Part shown: positions 57,801-64,000 of the stretch, piece by piece
Position numbering within the stretch: the stretch's first letter is position 1
Layout: every line of letters begins with the position of its first letter
NCBI GenBank assembly: GCA_965240325.2
Contig: OZ251229.1
Span: 62,001-126,000 of the forward strand
DNA: 64,000 bases
DNA from: Rebecca billardiae RCC1528
Lineage: Eukaryota > Protista > Haptophyta
Direction: 5' to 3'
Translations under genes and position numbers: made by a program
Notes under the pieces: model-generated
What the model was told of the DNA's origin: nothing
Database searches by the model: none
The model's input: the letters and a program-made list of their open reading frames with translations, nothing else

Positions 57801-57970
57801 GCAGCCTCGCGCGCGCCGTGCGCTCGTCCGCCACCGCAGAGTCGCGCGCGCGCCGCGTCGTGCGCCCGCTGATCGGCGTGTCCGAGGCGGTGAGCAAGTC
57901 GCTCTTCGGGCTGCAGAACGAGCTCAACCCCGGCCGCGCGGAGGACGTGCGCGACAAGTACAAGCACTGA
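48821..57970 (+). CDS. ATG2: Autophagy-related protein 2 (chorein/RBG lipid-transfer protein), about 3050 aa
   Basis: Chorein-N KRFCKFVLVRLLGRF, PLRLHLDQDALEF, VDYKPKR, GLRQGGASF, QPADAREGLQQA and terminal DKYK. Confidence 0.9.
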   Translation: MFAQFKSAVGELHLQVLKRFCKFVLVRLLGRFIATEIDLQKLNFEVGSGTAELEDLHVDARMVNSLLGDSPLVFLSGVIGQARLAVPWRGLLSGEPASVCLSDVRVTLAPASASRAAGGAAGARMMRSSLMQEFSTPSLLAKSMWTDELEDEAAAAAAATEPPPAPPGGGSGGASERGAGGADAPDELASQAQQMLSRMIGQLVCGVHLRIERLTVRVPHDGRVLVLTLESASVGDAPERAHADGADGAGGADGAPDGEAEAAGALGAASAAAAGAGSAGGDDAGAAPPPADDGVPHAVCKRLVLVRARLHLWPHGTEPSDHHHARRHAQGGQGQRGARAQPGARGGGSEGAEGAEGAPSGCSALIGQMAMGQGGDSVDVRLNLRQPQQQPQHGGGADGGAAADGGADGAPRAAAAAGAGGGAAPSEPPARIDLSAELRAVHLALDGEQLAHLGALMAAAARPPRAPRAAALPAPAAAAPAAAAESAAARGAAPPSAARPAPPPPAASPAPAAPAAAGCVRLRLRLGCAGLLGLGPPAAAAAVGLGQPQPRAEGAAACAGAEGGAQQVQQQPQLQRHVLALGLRALQLDALLRTHTHTHTHTHTHAHQLGADQGHGDGASAEPAGSGAEAGPPEAGPLLRVRASTRELGLVECLAPCTQPHAHRPSQHRPSPPLSPAAQERRAPSAAAPPPAPPPGARLLSLCRWLGLDLRDGGEGGLGARVAGPGGALGGLGADGAEGAEGAEGGSLLSLCEGGCLSLQLLAQGQGQQGQQGQQHAGPPPGAADGSRDTPDAPVCALELCVRQAPPPCAADAARAAVAAAVAAADAAGASATGAQLLAASATAAALTAPAHPRSPGRDGARAPAAPLDGALSVSAAHVHAHCDARGLALLARLRAHAAAHGAGGAGGARGARRSDEAGCAPMGGACASASASPLDALGAADAAAAAPAAAEQGAPPRWRVRCSGRALGLSAAVLWAAEGAAPAAAAQAAAPAAPEQAAAPAAAAAAGRRGRGRRGAGRARGGLAAVRVQPADGAAAADAAGWGEGEGGGHWADWRARAPAEAAPPTAARPGRSGVRGVLLLLERPHARLCWLCAAHAGGAPLAASLGVGQAVLCRHAEPAQPPPPPGSQHARWLAAWGGSARALPPPPAAAGVRWHALACVRGRCSAHARVMLPAEAAPPPPLRDALPPPQPEAARAHARAWARAPPSAGPADGAAPGADAVGACGACAWWPAGARPAPSAAELQRLDAAWPFEERAGHHAHAAERGAAERAERPGAADAAAAAAAAGGARGRGARGCAEGCAPSAHPEPAEPAAAAASEGVLTHVDREEEEALSAFEAQLGARCGADVELRLGHCSAALGEADAPFVGQAHALARALSAAAAEAAAEAEAASAARRHRAARSAGAYLSATTAATASIHTAACASACASACAQQQQQPQQPQPAGRAACARPRDEPRSAALCAASGCASQLSCSSALFHSAVEGQSFCSAAASADGWGQSGGAPGAPGAHASAARGAGPLGAPCGAGGLDGEGCGAVPFGAPFSPSAATSSGERSPADAPSPPDADAAGLALRLPPCALQCALPCGAALPLGAPSPCAQGEGCAHCAHADEGAASAGAASTACTAEPALRAVQASPSACGSLRALLDGPAGVHSALVFEPADGACGACGGGGGGGASSAAALLDGRAAGRRKAHFAFGLGEASAAAAGAPPSPTPPPPPPSPPSLALCTADVGLCELLLHAHGGCARAAAPAAAGAAPASAEAEAEAAGEGADACWQLLCAGARVSAGLSRGPGPAPPATSHVCASACELELRWQRAPHAPALRLLHRPDCLGLARLARGGGRGGGAEEARGGAHPHAAGLPAALAVRARLHTPPHGAPRVLPSVHVSACGLLANVVPPALRAPALEPLSALARALARELRAPAGAAAPPAAAEAPAAASAEPSPSPSPSPSGRALPCLLLLAVRHSALRFSSGAGGGGGGGAGGGEAAAAEGPPLHGAAAPPSCGSLLLLLHTCRLRAAPSVPAPGCASALTLSLSCDAAELHALRGEEPSHAELVGEWREAACAAAPLELMQWWLHAAGYAKVGVSHWLQLHGTRAPTPAHAHARTHAEGAEGAEGAEGAALALPSHRVAVELSNERLDLISTADSTAVSLALLHALGAQLGGGGGGARGGGAQQQPSARAAAGPQPARAPRERRGRRADGGRGRGGGGGGCAERGGALGGGWYEAEGPAILEHPSPSPAHAQGGRAGAALPPAFVPFEHVPWAEHNAQHRGGAAHQPGCGGGGGACGVLRTAAGGAMCAQSVEQVARWLPAEGAEGGADAGGAPPPAPSAAPRSAAGAAGAAVAAPPASQQQPAQPQPAQPAQPAQPAQPAQPGVGRARAIVVSAPRVFGGSLIEDHVPTPPPQPELGEPSAQPGAHGAGVSAAAAAAAEPSPPLSVLSVRVSRFNCSWALHAGRDWEEEGAHPDTAEEEAEARARAEWGADGAGGARAADGADGAAEAGCGVLLGRVLDSYAQSPPRRPRAHGGAARGRPRPAAPRRTDVVVELRVRKAAAAYDQYAPAQYAPARAAHAQVGAAPRVGSSLCVEAEAVEVEDRLANSTWAKMLCAHRSCAHPSPIERTKMMRVTVRWADGPPRAHEEEGAHDARRGARAHPSPAAREAAPPAPLPVLLARLELCPLRLHLDQDALEFVASFAAQASAQLISAQLEHAERGTRAGARAAPHAGGEAAAAGGGASCRAEPSSAAGHEGGAAEEGADEEGADEDGAGAESSGSEAEGDAEAEARAAGHPAILRAEVCELHLCVDYKPKRCDLTRALSGQGVGQLLNLCPWEGVELQLARQVVRAVRAGWGALAVELGECWGAQLSEQLAGNLAAVQPLRPLASIGAGARELVRAPVAQYRREKRVLRGLRQGGASFVRALALEALALSAHAALHSQLLLQHADAALAGAEGAEGAGGAGPAPAPGGGAGGQLLSPRAEQPADAREGLQQAAGSLARAVRSSATAESRARRVVRPLIGVSEAVSKSLFGLQNELNPGRAEDVRDKYKH

Positions 57971-58399
57971 GAGTGCACTGACGACAGCGCGGACAGCTGG
58001 CGTTTTGCGTCGGCCATCTCGCCGCGGGCCGGTGCACTCGGGCGCTGCCCACCGCATGGGAGCAGCAGCAGCATCTCCATACTGATGACGCCACAATGGC
58101 CCAGCCAGCCTCAGGCGCAAGGCGCCCGGCAATCCCAGGATCAGCGGTGCAGCATGAGCCATGAGATGTCGCCTGGCGACCTGGGCGGAAGCCATCGTGT
58201 TCGTGAGCGGCGGTCGTGAGGGACTGAGGGTGCCGATTGCCCGATTGCCGAACTGCAGAAGAAAACTTGCACCATCAAAAAAGCTTCGCGCCGCGCGGCT
58301 TCGAGAAGCTTGGATGCCGCGCCGCGCTCTCCTCGCGGCCTTCGCACACGCTCCCGCCCCGGCCGGAGAGCGCGCGGTGTCGTGCGGGGGCGCGCGCTG

Positions 58400-60117
58400 A
58401 TGAGCCGTCTTGCCGTCACGGGCTGCTGGTCGCTCGCGCTCGTGGGCTCGGCCGCGGCGGCGCTGGTGCCCGGCACGGGCGGCGCGGCGCGCGCGCGCAT
58501 GCCCACGCGCGTGCGCGTCTTCGACAAGCTCTTCTCCGCCGTGAGCGCGGGCGCGCCGTCCGCGCCGATGCGGACCGACCTGCGCGCGCTCGGCGCGGCG
58601 CCGAGCGCGCCGTCGTGGGAGGCGCTGCGCGAGCGCGCGCTGGGCACGCCGACGGGGGCGCGGCTCGCGGCCGAGGACGAGGCGCGCCGCGCGGGCGGCG
58701 GCCCTGCGCACCGCGCCTCCACCCTCCGCCTGTTTGGGCGGCCCGAGTCGGAGGTGCGTCTGACGCTGTACCGAGACAGCGCCGCGTGGTGCCCCTACTG
58801 CCAGAAGGTGTGGCTGCAGCTCGAGCTGAAGCAGGTGCCGTACCGCGTCGAGCTGATCAACATGCGCTCGTACGGCGACAAGCCCGACGCCTTCCTCGCC
58901 AAGGTGCCCGGCGGCCTCCTCCCGGCGATCGAGCTGGACGGCGCTCTGCACACGGAGTCGTTGCTCATCATGCAGCTCATCGAGAGGGCGTTCCCCGAGG
59001 CGGCGGCGCTGCTGCCGCAGGAGGAGGGGGCGCTGCGCCGGGCGAACGAGCTGCTCAAGCTCGAGCGCGAGCTCTTCGCGCACTGGTGCCAGCTCACCTT
59101 CCGCCCCGGCCTCTCCGCCGCCGGCGCGTTTGAGCGCGCGCTGGATCGCGTGGACGGCGCGCTGGCGGAGGCGGAGGGGCCGTGGATGCTCGGCGGGGAG
59201 CGGCCGTCGCTCGTCGACCTGCAGTACGTCTCGCATGTCGAGCGCATGGCTGCGTCCGTGCCCTACTGGAAGGTGCGCCGCGCCCGCCCGCCCGCCCCGC
59301 CCCCGCGCCTCGCGACCGTGCACACACCGCGCGCGCCGCGCGCGTGCCCGCGGCCGCCTGAGCGCGCGCGCGGTGGGTGCGCGCGCGTGCGTGCGCGTGC
59401 GCGGCGCCGTGTGCGCAGGGGCTGGTGGTGCGCGGCCGGAGGGAGGCCGACGGCTCCCTGCGCTGGCCGGCGATCGAGCGGTGGTTCGAGGCGTTCGAGG
59501 CGCTCCCCGCGTACATGGCCACCAAGTCCGACTGGTACACGCACGTGCAGGACATCCCGCCGCAGTACGGGCCAGGCCAGCCGGCGGGCGAGTGCGCCGC
59601 CTTCCGACGGTCCATCGACGGGGAGGGCGGCGCGTGGCGGCTGCCGCTGCGGCCGACGGCGGCGTCGGAGCACCCGGCGGACGTGCTGCAGCCCGGGTGG
59701 GAGGCCTTCGAGCAGGGCGCGCCGCACGAGGCCGCGTGGCGCCTCATCGCCAACCACGCGCCCGTCACGCGCTTTGCGCTGCGCGGCGCGGGCGCGCCGG
59801 GCGCCAAGCGGTTTGGCGCCGCGCTCGCCGACCCGTATGCCACGCCGGCGCAGGGCGAGATCGAGGGCGACGTGGACGCGCTGCTGCGCCACGTCGCGGC
59901 GTGGCTGCTCGACGCCAAGCCCACGCCCGACGACGCCGCGCTCGCCGCCGACCTGCGCGCCGGCGACGAGGGCGGGCGCGAGCCAGCGGCCGCGTGCGCG
60001 CGCTACCTGCGCGACCGCGTGGGCGTGCCGCGCGACATGTCCTACCCGGCCGCGCGCCAGCTGCGCGCGCACCTCAACTGGGCCGCCGACCAGCTCTGCG
60101 CGCAGGCGGGCGCGTGA
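58400..60117 (+). CDS. Glutathione S-transferase-like protein (CPYC), probably plastid-targeted; intron 59273-59418
   Basis: YRDSAAWCPYCQKVWL, INMRSYGDKP, GLLPAIELDG, TESL, SLVD, KSDWYTH..DIPPQYG and YLRDRVGVPRDM. Confidence 0.9.
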
Positions 60118-60430
60118 GCAGACGCGCCGCTCTCCCAGTCTCAGCCAACCCTTGGGGGCCTGCCATTCTAAAGTGAGTTAGGGTTCTCAGACGAACTGGA
60201 CGAAGGACAGGCCTGTCGGTGTGGCTGTGAGTGATCAGTGAGTGGCGGTGCCTTCGCCGGACCAAGGGCCGTGGCCGGACGAAAGGACCATCAAATACCG
60301 CGGACGGCGGCCGCCAGGCGCCAGCGGGTGCGCAGCGGCGGCCAGCCGCTAGCCGCCAGCGCACAATTATTCGCTCGCGGCGACCAACGGTCATCCGCGA
60401 CTGCGAGCGACGGGCAGCACAACGGGCTTG

Positions 60431-62065
60431 ATGGCGACGGAGGCGCTGCCACCCACCGCGCCGCTCGGCGAGCGCAACGCCGAGTCGATCATCGAGCCTG
60501 GCGCGAAGGCTGGCGCCACTCCGGAGCCCAGCGCGGCGCCGTCCGCCCGCATCGAGGACGTGGACAGCGAGGACGAGGCGGCGGGCGCGGACGCGGACGC
60601 GGCGGAGAGTGCGGCCGCGCCCGCGCGCGCAGAGCCGGCGCCGCCGGCCGGCCCGCCGTCGGCCGCGGTGGGGAGGCGCACGAAGCGCACCGTCGATCGC
60701 TTCGAGGCCGACCTGCCCGAGACGTCCAAGCTCGTCATCGTCCCGGGCAAGGGCCGGCCGCTCGGCGAGATCGAGAACGCTGCCTTCCGCATCGGCAGGC
60801 TGCCCGCCAAGTCGGAGACGCTGAAGAAGCTGCACGCGCTGTGCTTCGGCCGGCCGGGCGTGGCGACGCAGCTCAAGAAGAACCTGCGCGCGTTCAGCGG
60901 CTTTGACGCGCCCGAGAAGGCGGCCAAGGCCACCGCCGCGGCCGAGCGGTGCACGGGCGCGCTGCTGCGCGAGCTGCTGACCGTGCTCGACCTCGAGCTC
61001 TCGGGCACCAAGGCGCAGATGGTCGCGCGCCTCGTCGGCTTCCTCGCCAAGCCGCACGCGTCGGGCCGCCGCTCGCTCGCGGCGAAGGCGGCGGAGAAGG
61101 TGCGGCGCCGCCGCGCGCGCGCGCGCGCCTCCGCTCGTCCGCTCGTCGCGTGCGCGGTCTGGGTCTGCCCGGCGCCCGGCGCGCCTCGCTCGCTCACGCG
61201 CGCCGCGCACGCACACCTCGCGAATGCGTGCGCGCGCCGCCCCGCGGCGCCGCAGAAGCGGCGCGCGGAGAAGCGGAAGCGCGTGGTGGAGAAGGCGGCC
61301 GCCAAGGCTGAGCGCGCGAAGAAGCTCGCGCGCAAGGCTCCCGCCGCCTCGGCGCCCTCCGCGCCGCCCACGCCTGCGCCGAGCGGGCTCGAGTGCTACC
61401 TGCGCGCGCGCCTGCCCAAGCTGCGCGAGTCCAACCCCGCCGTGGCGGAGGCGCAGCTGCGCGAGCACCTCGCGGCCAAGTGGGACGCGCTCGACGAGGC
61501 GAAGCGCGCAAAGTACGAGGTGCGCAGCACGCCGTGCGCCGGCGCGCAAGGGCGCGCGCGCCCGGGCGCGCGCGGCGCACCCAACCACCACAACCAAACG
61601 GCCCAACCGACCTCCCGTCCTCTGCCTCGGTGTGCGCAGGAGGAGGCGGCGGAGGCGCGCGCGGAGCTCGAGGCCGCGAAGAAGCAGCAGGCCGCCGCTG
61701 CGCGCGCCTCGAAGGCCGCCAAGCGCGACGCGGCCGCGAGCGGCAGCAAGGCGGGCCGCAGCGCTGTGCGCGTGGAGCAGCGGCAGCAGCTGGACGAGCT
61801 CGAGCAGGACTCGGAGGAGGAGCCGGACTCGGAGGAGGAGCCGGGCTCGGAGGAGGACGAGGCGGAGGAGAAGGAGGGAGACGAGCGGGGCGCGAACTTC
61901 GAGGAGCTCGGCGATGCGAGCGGCGAGGACCCTGCGCGTGTGGAGGAGGCGGAGAAGACCACGGCCGACACAGCCGCGCCTGCGGCCGCCGCGCGCTCGG
62001 AGGCCGAGGGGGACGCGGATGCGCAGTGCTCCGAGTCCGAGTCTGATGACGATGCCGACGAGTGA
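60431..62065 (+). CDS. DEK-like chromatin protein (SAP domain) with HMG-box-like domain and acidic tail; introns 61100-61255 and 61520-61639
   Basis: GKGRPLGEI, LKKLHALCFGRPG, KKNLRAFSGF and LDLELSGTKAQMVARL (DEK/SAP); PSGLECYL...LRESNP...LAAKWDALDEAKRAKYE (HMG). Confidence 0.82.
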   Translation: MATEALPPTAPLGERNAESIIEPGAKAGATPEPSAAPSARIEDVDSEDEAAGADADAAESAAAPARAEPAPPAGPPSAAVGRRTKRTVDRFEADLPETSKLVIVPGKGRPLGEIENAAFRIGRLPAKSETLKKLHALCFGRPGVATQLKKNLRAFSGFDAPEKAAKATAAAERCTGALLRELLTVLDLELSGTKAQMVARLVGFLAKPHASGRRSLAAKAAEKVRRRRARARASARPLVACAVWVCPAPGAPRSLTRAAHAHLANACARRPAAPQKRRAEKRKRVVEKAAAKAERAKKLARKAPAASAPSAPPTPAPSGLECYLRARLPKLRESNPAVAEAQLREHLAAKWDALDEAKRAKYEVRSTPCAGAQGRARPGARGAPNHHNQTAQPTSRPLPRCAQEEAAEARAELEAAKKQQAAAARASKAAKRDAAASGSKAGRSAVRVEQRQQLDELEQDSEEEPDSEEEPGSEEDEAEEKEGDERGANFEELGDASGEDPARVEEAEKTTADTAAPAAAARSEAEGDADAQCSESESDDDADE

Positions 62066-62266
62066 GGCCGAGTGGTGTCATGCGCTTCCCAGCCGGTCTG
62101 CGGTGGCGGTGCCAGAGCGCCGCGTCACCCGAGGCTCGCGACTGACGGGCCGTCCACGCGGCTGGGCCGCACGGGCCGGCAAGCCCTCACTCACTCCCAG
62201 AGCCCACCGAGTCATCGCAGTCCGGGCGACACGGTTACGGCGCGCCGGTTATTATTTAGTAACCTC

Positions 62267-62353
62267 GTCTCTCTCTCTCTCTCTCTCTTACCGTCTCTCG
62301 TCTCTCTCTCTCTCTCTCTCTCTGTACAGCATGCTGAATATATATATATATAT
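62267..62353. repeat. (CT)n and (TA)n microsatellites
   Basis: Read directly; similar (TA)n tracts lie at about 10390-10421, 21342-21378 and 41732-41753. Confidence 0.9.
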
Positions 62354-62487
62354 AGCAGTGCGAGTTTTGCCGGTCGGACGGTCGGACTGTCTGTCGGTCG
62401 GTACGTCATCATGATCCGCGTGCGGCGTGGCGCCGCAGCCGACTGACTGTGACGTACGCCGCAGTGTAGTCGTCGTCATACATCCGC

Positions 62488-64000
62488 CTACATGGTGGCG
62501 TGCCGCCGACTTTTGCGCTGGGTCTGCCGGCGTGTGCCCGCCCACGGCGCCGTCGAGATCTCGGGGCCCTCGCCGTCGCTCTCGCTCGCCTCCGACGCGG
62601 GCGCGCTGCCCCGCGCCGAGCCGCTCAGCTCGTCGGTGCTCGCGTAAACACGGCCGCGCGCGCCCCTTCCCCGACGGCTGTGCGCGGAATGCGACCGCTT
62701 CGTTCCCGAGCCCAGCGAGGCGGCGTGGGAGGCGGAGGCGAAGGGCGAGGAGGAGCTGCTCGTGCTGGCGATGGACGAGAGTCTGGAGCGCGCGCACACG
62801 CTGTCGCCCTGCACCGGCGAGATGATGTGCCGAACCTTTGGCGGCGAGCGCCGGCCGTCTACCGCCGCCGCGGCGCGCGCGACCGCGCTGCCCAGTAGCT
62901 TGTGCACCTGCGCGTTGAAGCGGTCGAAGCCCTCGAAGGTCGCGTCGATGGTCGTGAGCAGCCGGTCAGAGTCGGACTCGAGCGTGCAGCGCGCGTGCCG
63001 CACGTCAAAGGTGCTCACGTCCACCTCCTTCGCGCCGTTGAGCGGCATCCACTCCACCTGGTCCGGCTCGCCGCCCGCCATCGTGAAGACGGCGAGCTCC
63101 ATCACGCACCACAGCCGCTCGGTGTACGTGTCGCCCACGAGCGCGAGCAGCGAGCGGCAGCCCGCAAGGTACACGGGGAGCATCTGCAGCGACTCGCTGA
63201 TGGCGGACTGGTCGATGCACAGCACGTCCAGCCAGATCGTGGGCTCGCGGCGGTGCTTCGCCTTGAAGCGCTCGCGCCAGCGCTGCAGCGCCGCCCACTT
63301 GGCGTCCGGGTCGTCCGACCAGCTGCGCGCACAGCCGGGAGGGGAGGGAGCTGCTCAATGGCGCGGGCGGCGCAGAAGCGAGGGAGAGAGAGGGGGGGCG
63401 GCGCGGGCGCGGCCGCCGGGCGCGGCGCCGCGGCGGGGCCGCGCGTGCCTGTGGCTCACGAACGCATCGATCTGGCCGTACTCGGCCACCACCCACGCCG
63501 GGCCGAGGCCTGCCTCGAGGTCGGTCAGGTCGGTGGCCCTGCTGTCCGCTTTGCTGTCCCTGTCGGGAGCCGCGGTGCCGGCCGAGCACGCAGCGCCGGC
63601 CGCGCACGCACTCGCGTCCTCCGGCCAGACTGCGGAGGGGCGCGAGGACGGGGGCGCGCTCAAGCAGAAGCTGCCGCCGCCGTCTGCGCTGCACACGCTC
63701 GGTCGGATGCTCCGCACGATGAAGCTCGGGATGGACTCCAACTCACGCGTCGCTGACCTTGACGAGTCCTTCGACGCGCCCTGCGAGCCCTTGAACGAGT
63801 TGGAGGCGGGGGGCGTGTCCGCAGGAGAGGAGTGTCCCATCGGCCCTGCTGGTCCCATCCCCGCGCTCGGCGCGCGCACGCGCGAGCGGCGCAGCGGCGG
63901 CTTCGGCTTGAGGTGCGCGCGTTTGAGCCGGTCGAGTGGCACGCAACGCAGCGACCCCAGCGCCATCGCCATCGTCTCGGCCGGCGAGCGCTTTCCCCCG
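62488..64000 (-). CDS. TIR/HET-like domain protein (FxSHSW family), 5'-partial; GC-AG intron 63448-63323
   Basis: Spliced product reads DAFVSHSWSDDPDAKW...IWLDVLCIDQ...LPVYLAGC...TYTERLWCVMEL; the frame is open to the window end. Confidence 0.82.

Overview
Gene-dense, very GC-rich eukaryotic DNA with short spliceosomal introns, probably a haptophyte alga such as a Pavlovales species (inferred from composition, bipartite plastid presequences and a GC-AG intron). About 24 protein-coding genes can be supported: a PabA-PabB fusion, CFAP36/BART-like, TPR, a giant Gly-rich/Cys-repeat membrane protein, JmjC, IMPase, a PsbQ-like lumen protein, NDUFA13, a NifS-type desulfurase, SMYD, coatomer zeta, an EF-hand protein, CIPK, RPL22, ATG2, a GST-like protein, DEK-HMG, a TIR-like protein and several hypotheticals. 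Many sit head-to-head. Lower-GC intervals hold non-autonomous terminal-inverted-repeat (TIR) elements. The standout is a ~6 kb element (28777-34760) bounded by imperfect TIRs and a TA target duplication. It has no recognisable transposase. It carries an intronless giant-virus-type AEP primase-polymerase with a C-terminal Zn ribbon, flanked by G-tract repeats in inverted orientation, and the gene's likely start codon is one C-tract slip out of frame. A second transposon with a 7-bp target-site duplication (TSD) is nested inside it. Most long ORFs in the supplied track are GC-driven shadow ORFs. All family assignments come from motif recognition by eye; no database search was run.
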